A stretch of DNA of 64,000 bases from an uncultured Chlamydiae bacterium (GTDB taxonomy: Bacteria; Chlamydiota; Chlamydiia; Chlamydiales; SM23-39): NCBI GenBank assembly GCA_963730605.1, contig CAVSSM010000002.1:320001-384000 (forward strand). The letters are read 5' to 3'. Made by a program: the position numbers and the translations under genes. Below are positions 51,892-61,189 of the stretch, piece after piece (the first letter of the stretch is position 1; the number at the start of each line of letters is the position of its first letter). The notes under the pieces were generated by a model that saw nothing but the letters and a program-made list of their open reading frames with translations, had not been told where the DNA came from and searched no databases.

Positions 51892-53433
51892 ATGCATGAA
51901 ATTTTACTCAACGTCGAATCGAAAGAGGTTCGCTACGCATACCTGAAACATGGCCTCCTGTATGACTTAGTCCTCGACCGGAAAAAATCGCGCCAGATCA
52001 CCGGAAATATCTATCGGGGACGGGTCACCAATATCCTCCACAATATCCAATCTGCCTTCATCGATATCAACGAAGGGGAAAACGGATTCATCCACATCAG
52101 CGACATCCTCGAGAATACGAAAAAATTCGAAGAGATGTTCGAGATGGACTTCGATCTGGATTATGACATCTCGAAGATGAGCCCAAGCCCAAAAGCGAAG
52201 GATATCGCGCAGCTTTTGAAGATCGACCAACCCGTCTTGGTCCAGGTCGTCAAGGAGCCGATCGGGACTAAGGGAGCGCGCCTCACCTCGAATATTTCGA
52301 TCGCAGGCCGCTATCTCGTCATGCTTCCGAATAACCCGCATAGAGGCGTGTCGCGGAAAATCGAAGATAAAGAGGCAAGAGAGAGGCTAAAAAAACTCAT
52401 CCGTTCCTTTGAAATGCCCCAGGATATGGGCCTCATCTGCCGCACTGCAAGCGCAGGCGCCACGACCGAAATGCTCGTCGAAGAGGCCACCGACCTCCTC
52501 CATTCTTGGCAAACGATCGTCGATAAATTTCACAAGTCAAGCGGTCCCACCCTCCTTTACGAAGAATCGGACCTAATCAAGCGGGCGGTCATCCAATGCG
52601 TCGACAAAAAATTTGAAAGGCTTCTCATCGACGATTACTCCACGTATCAACGATGCAAACAAATCTATCAGAAATATGCATCCGAACATCCGCTCAAGAT
52701 CGAATTCTACCGCGACAAGCCCCCCATGTTCGAGAGATTCAACGTCGAAAAAGAAATCGATAGGGCCGTGCGCCGCAAGATTTGGCTGGGGTCGGGCGGT
52801 TACCTCTTTTTCGATCGCACCGAAGCGATGCATACGATCGACGTCAACTCGGGCCGCAGTTCGATGAACCTACAGGGAAGCGACGTCGAAGAAACTCTCG
52901 TGCGGATCAACCTGGAAGCCGCCGATGAAATCGCAAGGCAATTGAGGATCCGCAACATCGGAGGGCTCATCATCTGCGATTTCATCGACATGCGCTCTCG
53001 CAAAAACCAAAAGCGGGTGTTGGAGCGGCTGAAAGAATGCATGAAAGACGATTCGGCCAAGTGCACCATTTTGGGAATGAGCGAATTCGGCCTCATCGAA
53101 ATGACTAGGCAAAGAAGCCGCGAATCCCTCTCTCAAACCATCTATACGGGCTGCCCTTACTGCTTAGGCAGCGGCTTAGTGAAAAGCCACGAGAGCGTTT
53201 CGGTCGATATCGAACGGTCTTTGAAAAAGCTGATCCTTTGCCAAAACCAGTACGCCCTAAAGCTGGTGACCCACCCTGAATTGAACCGCTATCTCGATAA
53301 CGGCGACAAAGATTATTATGTCAAGGTCGCCGGCATTTCGAACGCGCATCTGGAATTCGGGGTCAATGACAACCTTCATCTCAACGAATATCTATTTTAC
53401 TCGACGCTGAATGGACAAAAAATCGACGCATGA
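51892..53433 (+). CDS. rne: Ribonuclease E/G
   Basis: S1 domain GNIYRGRV..AFIDI, QVVKEPIGTKGARLT, IDVNSG, DFIDM, EMTRQR. Confidence 0.96.
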   Translation: MHEILLNVESKEVRYAYLKHGLLYDLVLDRKKSRQITGNIYRGRVTNILHNIQSAFIDINEGENGFIHISDILENTKKFEEMFEMDFDLDYDISKMSPSPKAKDIAQLLKIDQPVLVQVVKEPIGTKGARLTSNISIAGRYLVMLPNNPHRGVSRKIEDKEARERLKKLIRSFEMPQDMGLICRTASAGATTEMLVEEATDLLHSWQTIVDKFHKSSGPTLLYEESDLIKRAVIQCVDKKFERLLIDDYSTYQRCKQIYQKYASEHPLKIEFYRDKPPMFERFNVEKEIDRAVRRKIWLGSGGYLFFDRTEAMHTIDVNSGRSSMNLQGSDVEETLVRINLEAADEIARQLRIRNIGGLIICDFIDMRSRKNQKRVLERLKECMKDDSAKCTILGMSEFGLIEMTRQRSRESLSQTIYTGCPYCLGSGLVKSHESVSVDIERSLKKLILCQNQYALKLVTHPELNRYLDNGDKDYYVKVAGISNAHLEFGVNDNLHLNEYLFYSTLNGQKIDA

Positions 53434-54418
53434 AATCCTTTTAGCTGATGCGCTCGAAGACCTGAAGGGAAAAATACCCGGCAAATACTACACGATCGTC
53501 GTAGAGTTCATCGCATGCTATCGCGAAGCGGTCCGAGCCCTTTTCGATGAGGCGATCCCCAATCTTCTTCTTTTCCTCCAGCTTGCCCGGAGGCAGTTCG
53601 AGGCCCCCTTTTCTTTCGAACCTTACCATAAGAAAATCCGGCACCCGGTCGACTACTATCGCTTTTCTCTCGATTTCATTCGGCCCCTTGTCGATCTCGA
53701 CCGCTCTTCCATCTTGGGTCTGGAATATCTCGAAGAGGCGGCAATTGGCCTCTGCAAAGGGGAAAATGCCATCCTCTTGGCGAACCATCAAACTGAGCCG
53801 GACCCGCAGGCGATTTCGATCCTCTTGGAAAAAACGCACCCTGAAATTGCCGAAAAGATCATTTACGTTGCCGGAGAACGGGTAATCACAGATCCCTTGG
53901 CAGTCCCCTTCAGCATGGGCTGCGATTTGATCTGCATCTATTCGAAACGGTACATAGACAATCCGCCCGAATTAAAAGCAAAAAAGCAGCTGCATAATAA
54001 AAACACCATGAAACAAATGAGCGATCTACTCGAACTGGGAGGGCGGATGATCTACGTCGCGCCGAGCGGTGGGCGAGACCGGAGAAACGCCAAAGGCATC
54101 GTTGAAGTCGCCCCTTTCGACGCCGCAAGCATCGAAATGTTCTATCTCATGGTAAAAAAAGCGAAACGGCCAACTCGCTTCATCCCATTTGCCCTCTCTA
54201 CCTACGACCTTCTTCCCCCTCCAGAAGCGATCCAAAGGGAACTCGGCGAAGTCAGGAAAGCGAAACGGACGCCGATCTCGATTTCTTTCGCCCCGCCGTT
54301 CGACATGGAGCATTTTCCAGGATCGGATGTTGAAGACCGAATTGAAAGGCGAGAAAACCGCGCTCGTAAAATATGGGCCATTGTAAATACAATGTATACA
54401 CGGATGGTAAAGCGATGA
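53411..54418 (+). CDS. plsB: Glycerol-3-phosphate acyltransferase, plastid/chlamydial type
   Basis: NHQTEPDP (HxxxxD), PFSMG, VAPSGGRDR, YDLLPPP. Confidence 0.92.
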   Translation: MDKKSTHEILLADALEDLKGKIPGKYYTIVVEFIACYREAVRALFDEAIPNLLLFLQLARRQFEAPFSFEPYHKKIRHPVDYYRFSLDFIRPLVDLDRSSILGLEYLEEAAIGLCKGENAILLANHQTEPDPQAISILLEKTHPEIAEKIIYVAGERVITDPLAVPFSMGCDLICIYSKRYIDNPPELKAKKQLHNKNTMKQMSDLLELGGRMIYVAPSGGRDRRNAKGIVEVAPFDAASIEMFYLMVKKAKRPTRFIPFALSTYDLLPPPEAIQRELGEVRKAKRTPISISFAPPFDMEHFPGSDVEDRIERRENRARKIWAIVNTMYTRMVKR

Positions 54419-57402
54419 AATGCAGTGGGCGAGAGCGAACGAAATGCGATCCTGCCTCAGGATCGAACTACAGTTTCCGAAGGAATCCTATAAAATATCT
54501 CCTTTTTGTAATCGCCTTGAGCGGCAGCTTGGGCTTTTCTCATGAGAAGCAGAGCTTCCAGGGCGAAATTCCCGATGCCTCAGGGTTGCCGCTCTTGGGC
54601 CGCGATTTTTCGGAGAGGAAAACGCTGAAAATGCGCCTTGACAATGGATTAGAACTCCTCTTGATTTCCGATCCGCGCGCTGAAAATTCCGCTGCGGCAG
54701 TTTCTGTGGGAGCCGGGTCTTGGAACGATCCCGCTGAATTTCCCGGAATGGCTCATTTCTGCGAGCATATGCTATTCATGGGAACCCAAAAATATCCGGA
54801 TGAAAATGAATTCATGGCAAAAGTCTCAGATCAGGGTGGCAAGACCAATGCTATGACCGCGTCGGATCGGACGATCTACATGTTCTCCTCCCATCCCGAA
54901 GGCTTTCCCTCCCTTCTCGACCGGTTCGCCCATTTTTTCATCGACCCTCTTTTCAAACCTTCCAATATCTCCCGAGAGCTGCACGCGGTCGACCAGGAAT
55001 TTGCGAAAAATGTGGAGAACGACGGATGGAGGCTGTCGATGATTCTCAAAGAAACGGGCAACCCCGTCCATCCGAACAGGATGTTCAATTGCGGCAATTC
55101 CGAAACGCTTTCCCACATCCCTCAAAGCGCTCTCCAAAAATGGCATAAACAGCACTACAGCGCAAACCGGATGCACGCCATCCTTTTTTCCTCGTTAAAG
55201 ATAGAAACCCTCCGGGATATAGCTCTCGCTTGCTTTGGCAAAGTCCCCCAATCTCCCGCTCCTGCCTCCATCGATCCTTCCCTTCCCCTCACCTCCCCCG
55301 AGCAGCGCGGCCATATCACCTACGTCAAGCCTGTGCAAAATAAAAATAGCTTGCTTTTGCTCTGGGAGCTTCCCCTTTCCCTCTCTGAGGACCCCACCCA
55401 ATCGGCAGCCCTCATCGCCTATGCCTTGAACCGGGGACAGAAACAAAACCTTTATGAAAAGTTGAAAGAGGAGGAGCTCATCGACAGCCTTTTGGTGGAA
55501 GTCGAAGAGATGGGAGGCCGCCAACATAAGTTCTTTGAAATTTCCCTGGAACTGACTGAGAAAGGGATGAAAATGGTAGACCAAGTCCTGCTTCGGGTTT
55601 TCCAATCGATCGCTCTCATTCAGTCGACAGGCATTCCGAACTATCTCTTTCACGAAAAAAACACTCTTGCCCAAATCAAGTACCAATACCAAAGCCGTCA
55701 AGAAGCTTTTGAGTTTGTGATGCAGCTCGCGTTGACCCTGCCAGACGAGCCGCTCGAAACCTATCCGAAACAGCAACTGCTCTCCTCAGCATTCTCGCCG
55801 AAAATGATCTCGGAGGCAGCCTCTTTTTTGACTCCCGACCGGTGTGCCTTTCTTCTTCTTAGCTCGCCCTCTTTGACCGGGGTTGTCCCCGACCGGATGG
55901 AAAAATGGCTAGGCGCCGAATATGCGATCCGCCCCATTCCGGCCGATTGGATGAATGCTTTGACCAAAGCTACGCCTCATCCTCAAATTCGCCTCCCTGA
56001 GCCGAACCCCTTCGCTCCGGCCCAGATGAACCTTGTCTCCGAACCGCCCCCTAGGGTAAGTCCCCTTCTCATTTCAAAAAATGAAAACGGGATCGCCTAT
56101 TTCTCCCGCTGCCCCGAGTTCAAGAATCCCGAAGCCGCCATCCGGATCCATATCCTAGCGCCAGAACTTAAGCCCTCGCCTCGCTCGCAAGTCCTCGTCT
56201 CTCTTTTCTCTGCTCATTTCACCGATATCCTCCATCCGGTTTTGGCCGCCGCCGCTGAAGCGAACCTCACCGCCTCTATTACAGCGGAAAGATGCCGCAT
56301 CCACATCAAAATCGACGGATTCAGCGAAAAATCGACTGTTCTCCTTCAAGAAATCCTCCAACGCCTCCCCCTCCCGCCACCAACCCCTGAACAATTCGAA
56401 AACCTCGTAGCGGCAGCGGAAAAAGAATACTCTAATGCGCAAAAAGATCTCGCCTTCCGTCAGGCAAAAGATCTCTTGGATTCTTTGATCAACCAAGATA
56501 AGGCGACGAAAAAAGAGAAATTAGCGGCCCTCAAAGGGATCCAATACGACGATTTTCTCGCCTTTCAAAAAAACGTCTTTGAGAAGACCTATATCGAAGC
56601 GCTTTTCTCCGGCAATCTCACTCTGAAAGAGGCCGAATCGGCTTGGCTCGACGTGATCCATGTCTTGGGAAAAACTCCGTTCCAAAAAAGAGAACATCCC
56701 CAGACCTTCGTCGCCCAGCTTCCCGACCGCCCTCATTCGATCGCCGAAACCACCGAGGCGCAAGGCAATTCGACGCTCCTATTGATTGACGAGGGGCCAT
56801 TTACTCTTCAAAAGCGCGCCGCCCAGGAGATCCTCTCAAGCGCTTTGAAAGAGGCGTTCTTTCAAGAGCTGAGGACGCGGCAAAAAACCGGCTATTTCGC
56901 AAGCGCGGAGTGTCAGGAGCTCGAAGAGCGCCTCTATCAAATGTTCATCGTGCAATCGAATTCGCACCAGCCGGAAGACCTTCTCTACCGCTATGAGCTG
57001 TTCCTCGAAGAGTTCCTCGAGGATTTCTCCCATAAAATCCCGAAAGAAAGATTCGCTACACTGCAAGAGAGCGCCGCCGCCCAGCTCAAAAACCGGTTCT
57101 GCAATCTGAAAGAAAAAAGCGCGCTCTTAGACCTTCTCGCCTTCCAATACCGGGGCGATTTCCAGTTCGTCGACAAGAGGATCTTAGCGATCCGAAACCT
57201 CTCCTATGAAGAATTTTGCGAATTCGCATCGGAATTTCTCGCGCGGAGCAACAAAAAGCGACTTGCGATCCTCTTCGAGGGCAAGCTCGCATCCCCTTTC
57301 GCCTACGAGTCGACAACCCCGGCCGAGTTAACGGAAATCTCCACCTATGCGCCCAAGCCGGAAAAGCTGGCCGAAGAGAGCTCCTCCGTTTCTGCGGAAT
57401 GA
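54415..57402 (+). CDS. ptr: Insulinase-family (M16) metalloprotease Ptr
   Basis: GMAHFCEHMLFMGT.KYP inverted zinc motif, ELRT.Q.TGY; ATGA overlap with plsB. Confidence 0.93.
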   Translation: MKCSGRERTKCDPASGSNYSFRRNPIKYLLFVIALSGSLGFSHEKQSFQGEIPDASGLPLLGRDFSERKTLKMRLDNGLELLLISDPRAENSAAAVSVGAGSWNDPAEFPGMAHFCEHMLFMGTQKYPDENEFMAKVSDQGGKTNAMTASDRTIYMFSSHPEGFPSLLDRFAHFFIDPLFKPSNISRELHAVDQEFAKNVENDGWRLSMILKETGNPVHPNRMFNCGNSETLSHIPQSALQKWHKQHYSANRMHAILFSSLKIETLRDIALACFGKVPQSPAPASIDPSLPLTSPEQRGHITYVKPVQNKNSLLLLWELPLSLSEDPTQSAALIAYALNRGQKQNLYEKLKEEELIDSLLVEVEEMGGRQHKFFEISLELTEKGMKMVDQVLLRVFQSIALIQSTGIPNYLFHEKNTLAQIKYQYQSRQEAFEFVMQLALTLPDEPLETYPKQQLLSSAFSPKMISEAASFLTPDRCAFLLLSSPSLTGVVPDRMEKWLGAEYAIRPIPADWMNALTKATPHPQIRLPEPNPFAPAQMNLVSEPPPRVSPLLISKNENGIAYFSRCPEFKNPEAAIRIHILAPELKPSPRSQVLVSLFSAHFTDILHPVLAAAAEANLTASITAERCRIHIKIDGFSEKSTVLLQEILQRLPLPPPTPEQFENLVAAAEKEYSNAQKDLAFRQAKDLLDSLINQDKATKKEKLAALKGIQYDDFLAFQKNVFEKTYIEALFSGNLTLKEAESAWLDVIHVLGKTPFQKREHPQTFVAQLPDRPHSIAETTEAQGNSTLLLIDEGPFTLQKRAAQEILSSALKEAFFQELRTRQKTGYFASAECQELEERLYQMFIVQSNSHQPEDLLYRYELFLEEFLEDFSHKIPKERFATLQESAAAQLKNRFCNLKEKSALLDLLAFQYRGDFQFVDKRILAIRNLSYEEFCEFASEFLARSNKKRLAILFEGKLASPFAYESTTPAELTEISTYAPKPEKLAEESSSVSAE

Positions 57403-57421
57403 CCGTTCGATGCGTCTTCCC

Positions 57422-57676
57422 TCACGTGTGCCGGCTTAAGTGAGCGAGAATCTCAGCCGTTTTTTCTTTGGAAAACTCGTCTCCGTAAAATCGCAAGAAA
57501 AGCTGCTGCTTCAGTTCCACTTTAGAAATCCCAGGGTTTTCCCTCAAAATCGCTTGCGTCACGAGATACCTTGAAGCATCATACATCTCACATCCCATCC
57601 TAAGACGCTCCTCTGGCGTTTTCTTTCTAAAAATTTCGTGCACTTTCTCTTCAATTTCTGGAGATGTATCATTCAT
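57422..57676 (-). CDS. Small helical protein, putative antitoxin (MenA1/Rv0078B-like)
   Basis: TPEERLRMGCEMY...RENP...E; ATGA-coupled to the upstream nucleotidyltransferase. Confidence 0.6.
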   Translation of the reverse strand: MNDTSPEIEEKVHEIFRKKTPEERLRMGCEMYDASRYLVTQAILRENPGISKVELKQQLFLRFYGDEFSKEKTAEILAHLSRHT

Positions 57677-58221
57677 CGCGGATTAACCTTTGCATAAACT
57701 TCGTTCAAATTCAATTGCAGAACCCATTGATTAATGTATTTTAGGTCGAGGTTTTGAATGGCTCCCATGAGATTTCTGACATCTTTTATTTGTAAATCAG
57801 AAAAACTGTCTTTGGCCCAATAAAGTTTAGAAATAATCAGGTCTTCGGGAGAAACAATCCATATTTTTACCCCATCGAATTCAATTTGGCGCCGCCTTTG
57901 AAATTCAATGCTCCGATAAGGCATATCTTTCCTAATAATAAAATCGACTTTAAATCCAGAATCGTTGTGAATAATATTAAACATCGTCTCAAATTTAATC
58001 GCTTCAAAAATGGAATCTTTGGCGATATAAAAATCGTCTTGAAAAACTCGAAAAACCTTATTCACCTCGAGATTCATAATTTCAATGACTATATCAATAT
58101 CCCGTGTCATGCGTGGGACTGCATAAAAGTGAGCCGCAAGAGAGCCTGTTAGCATGTAGGGCATTCCAGCATGGTCCAACTTACGACAAACAGACTTTAA
58201 AAGTTCGATTTCTTGAGTCAT
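57673..58221 (-). CDS. Nucleotidyltransferase (AbiEii/MenT-like), putative toxin
   Basis: YMLTGSLA..Y..PRMTRDID, VDF, SPEDLIISKL, QIKDV. Confidence 0.75.
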   Translation of the reverse strand: MTQEIELLKSVCRKLDHAGMPYMLTGSLAAHFYAVPRMTRDIDIVIEIMNLEVNKVFRVFQDDFYIAKDSIFEAIKFETMFNIIHNDSGFKVDFIIRKDMPYRSIEFQRRRQIEFDGVKIWIVSPEDLIISKLYWAKDSFSDLQIKDVRNLMGAIQNLDLKYINQWVLQLNLNEVYAKVNPR

Positions 58222-58278
58222 GATCTTTCGAATTTACCTCTAATGGAAAATGAAGTCAAAAAACAAGCGACAGAAACA

Positions 58279-59133
58279 TCAGGCACCCAAATTGGTCATG
58301 GCGGCCTCGCTGGGCTGGGAGCGCGCTGTTACACAGTCCATCCGCTTTTGAAGCCGCCTCACTGCGACACAGCCCAATACGGCAGTGAATGCTGAGAGGA
58401 CCCAAAAACTGTGCCAGAAGGGAATGTATCCCTCTTGGCCTAAAGCCGCGGCCCTCATTCCTTCCATGACGTAGAGAAACGGGTTGATGAGATGGGCGAT
58501 CCCGACCGCAGGAGAAAGATCATAGACTGTCTGCCACGAATACAACCATGCGCCAAAGATATTCATTGGGTTGATGACCCGGGTGAGAAGATGACCCAGG
58601 CTGCTTATATTTTTCATCATGCTGCAGAGCCAAAGGGCAAAAAACCCTAAGAACAAATGACTCGCGATGAAGATGAGCGGGAGCTTAAACCAACTGATCT
58701 TCCCTAAATCGAATTGCGTGAACAAGATCAACTTCCCCAAAGGAAACATAAGAAGAGCGATGATCGACCAAATGATCGCCCATGAGACCGCTATGTAGAC
58801 GAAGACGAGCCAGGATGGGATCGGCAAAGACAAGGTATAGAGAATCGTCCGGTCTCCTTCCATATCTGCAATCATCATGCTGACCTTCCCGATCACTTCA
58901 AAAAATCCATATCTGCCGATGGCCCCGATCAAAACAAAAGAGCCGTAATCGGCAGGGAGCCCATAGGAAGGAAGAATGTAGGCGAAAACCGAGACGGTCG
59001 CGAAAAGCAAAATCCCCGCATCGATGGATTTTCCCCAAAATTCTCCTTTGAACACGGCGAGATCGCGCCGGATCAACTGCGCGGCGGTGGATAAGAAGTC
59101 GGCATATCGGGAAATCTTCTTACTCTGCAGCAT
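58279..59133 (-). CDS. ABC-2 type transporter permease
   Basis: About six TM helices, INPFLYVMEGMR. Confidence 0.88.
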   Translation of the reverse strand: MLQSKKISRYADFLSTAAQLIRRDLAVFKGEFWGKSIDAGILLFATVSVFAYILPSYGLPADYGSFVLIGAIGRYGFFEVIGKVSMMIADMEGDRTILYTLSLPIPSWLVFVYIAVSWAIIWSIIALLMFPLGKLILFTQFDLGKISWFKLPLIFIASHLFLGFFALWLCSMMKNISSLGHLLTRVINPMNIFGAWLYSWQTVYDLSPAVGIAHLINPFLYVMEGMRAAALGQEGYIPFWHSFWVLSAFTAVLGCVAVRRLQKRMDCVTARSQPSEAAMTNLGA

Positions 59134-59866
59134 ATTCGGGCACCTTGATCAGTTTGAGAAACACATCTTCAAGACGATGCATTTGATGGCGATATTTCAA
59201 GTTGGCCGGCGTGTCGAGGGCAATGACAGCTCCGGCGTCAATAATGCAAACCCGGTCTGAAAGGGCTTCAGCTTCATCAAGATAATGAGTCGTGAGCAGG
59301 ATCGAGGCCCCCTCTTTTTTCATCGCTCTGATCCCTTCCCATAACTGATGTCGGACATGCGGATCGAGGCCGACCGTGGGCTCGTCGAGGATGATGAATT
59401 CCGGCGAATGAATCAATGTCCGGGCGATCAAGAACCTTTGCTTATATCCCCCTGAGAGAATGGAAGCTTTCGCCTTGGCATATTGATGCAGGTCGAACTG
59501 ATCCATCAAGACATCGATCCGAGCGCGGATCTTTTTCTCTCTCATCCGGTGATATCTTCCGGCAAACGAGAGATTTTCTTCCAGTGTCAAGGAGAGGTCG
59601 AGATTTGGCTTTTGCGGGCAGAAGCCGACATTTTTCCGGTAGGAGACGACATCTTTATAAATTGACTCGCCTCGGTACAGCACATCCCCCCCGCTGCACG
59701 GGTGGAGGGCGGCTAAAATGTTAGAGAGGGTCGTCTTGCCGGCGCCGTTGACGCCCAAAAGTCCGAAAACTTCTCCTTCGCACATGTCGAAGGAAATCCC
59801 CTTCAGCGCCTCCTTGACAAAGTTTTTGTCTTGGTAGCGCTTCTTCACCGATCGCAACTGGATCAA
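59120..59866 (-). CDS. ABC transporter ATP-binding protein
   Basis: GVNGAGKTT, LSGG, LDEPTVGLDP, TTHY. Confidence 0.95.
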   Translation of the reverse strand: MIQLRSVKKRYQDKNFVKEALKGISFDMCEGEVFGLLGVNGAGKTTLSNILAALHPCSGGDVLYRGESIYKDVVSYRKNVGFCPQKPNLDLSLTLEENLSFAGRYHRMREKKIRARIDVLMDQFDLHQYAKAKASILSGGYKQRFLIARTLIHSPEFIILDEPTVGLDPHVRHQLWEGIRAMKKEGASILLTTHYLDEAEALSDRVCIIDAGAVIALDTPANLKYRHQMHRLEDVFLKLIKVPEYAAE

Positions 59867-59941
59867 ACTTTGACTCGTAAAGACTCACACATAAAATAGC
59901 GCGAAGAAATCCCCCACGGACAAACACCTTTTTCTAAGGCA

Positions 59942-60181
59942 TACCGCTCGTGATTGAAAAATCGGTTCTGGCGGCGCCCCACCCCAAAAACGATGCGTTT
60001 TTGGGGACCCCGGTGGCGGCGCCCCACCCCAAAAACGATGCGTTTTTGGGGACCCCGGTGGCGGCGTCGGACAGCCACTGAATTTGTGTCCCGCCTGCTT
60101 CCCTTGCAAAAGAGCGAACCCCCGCTCTTTTGAAAGTGTCCGCAGCTTTGCCATATTCCGATTTTTGAATCCCTCTCGGTA
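59942..60181. mobile_element. IS630-type MITE, 240 bp, opposite orientation, with a tandem pair of 36-bp modules
   Basis: Left end TACCGCTCGTGATTGAAAA (1 mismatch to the IS630 end), right end TTTTGAATCCCTCTCGGTA; TA on the right flank, CA on the left. Confidence 0.92.
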
Positions 60182-60273
60182 TAGGTTCACAGGCGAACTA
60201 CGAACTGGGAAAACCCCGTTCAGAGCAGTACAAAGGTATTCCAACATAAGAAATTAAGTCAATTATTAAATAA

Positions 60274-60314
60274 CAAAAAAACCCCGGGGAGAAATCCCCC
60301 CGGGGCGTTCCTTT
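60274..60314 (-). terminator. Rho-independent terminator
   Basis: CCCCGGGG...CCCCGGGG stem with A7 (T-run on the minus strand), downstream of the 60330-61043 gene. Confidence 0.7.
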
Positions 60315-60329
60315 TGAACTGATCTGGAT

Positions 60330-61043
60330 TTATACTTTACTAAACTTAGAAAGAGGCACACGATTCGACTTGGCGTCGATCGTGTTTTGCTGTTCTTTTT
60401 TTTCCTGCATTTTCTGCGCTCCGTAAACCAGTGCGCCGCCAACAGCTGCGCTGCCAGCCAGTGCAAGGCCTGTGCCAATGGACCAACCTTCTTGAGGCGT
60501 AGCGCCAGGTTTAACATTAGTTAGGATCGTCTCCAACTGTTTCACGGCGTTTTCCAATCCCTGTTTCTCTGCATTGTTGGTGTCCTCTTTCAAAGTAGAT
60601 TTGAAAGCTGCGTTACTACCATCATGATAAACCGCGAAAGCATCGTTCTTATTAGATTTAGAAAGTGATGCACTCACGCTTTTGTTGGCAGCAAAAAGGT
60701 CGTAGATGTCGATGTTAAGCCATCTGTCTTCGCTCGACGCATCGAGCTTTGATCGGAATGTCACTACGTGAGTGTCGCCAAGTTTTCCACAAACCGCAGC
60801 GCAACCTTTCTCATCGTTTCCAGCCTTTTGACATGTAGAGTCTAGAACGCAGGATTCTAAAATACTAGCACCGTTATTGTTAAATTTGATCACAATCGGG
60901 TCTAAGAACACATTGGCACTACTTACGAAATAAGGCGTAAAAGTCGTAGTTGTATTAAAAGGAACAGTCCCGTTTAAAGTAGGTGAATAGTCTTGATAAA
61001 AAGACATGATGTTGGCTGTGGTCGATAAATTTATGGATGACAT
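60330..61043 (-). CDS. Hypothetical protein with C-terminal TM anchor
   Basis: GAGG RBS, 237 aa, Gly/Ala-rich TM then a basic tail. Confidence 0.8.
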   Translation of the reverse strand: MSSINLSTTANIMSFYQDYSPTLNGTVPFNTTTTFTPYFVSSANVFLDPIVIKFNNNGASILESCVLDSTCQKAGNDEKGCAAVCGKLGDTHVVTFRSKLDASSEDRWLNIDIYDLFAANKSVSASLSKSNKNDAFAVYHDGSNAAFKSTLKEDTNNAEKQGLENAVKQLETILTNVKPGATPQEGWSIGTGLALAGSAAVGGALVYGAQKMQEKKEQQNTIDAKSNRVPLSKFSKV

Positions 61044-61145
61044 GACTTCCTCATGGTTGATGGTTTAAGAGAGTAAGGCAAGGACTTTGCCACGGTTGTC
61101 TATTTAAGGTCTAGAAAAAAATTGAGCATAGAGACCTCAGGTTCG

Positions 61146-61180
61146 AAAAAAAGGCCCCGGAAAGAATCTCCCCCGGGGCG
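61146..61180 (-). terminator. rRNA operon terminator
   Basis: GCCCCGG...CCGGGGC stem with A7, immediately downstream of the 5S gene. Confidence 0.75.
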
Positions 61181-61189
61181 AAGAAAAAA

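Noticed and set aside
28663..59866. Numerous 60-250 aa antisense or overlapping ORFs on housekeeping genes
   Set aside because: Shadow ORFs typical of GC-rich coding sequence, with no motifs or ribosome-binding support.
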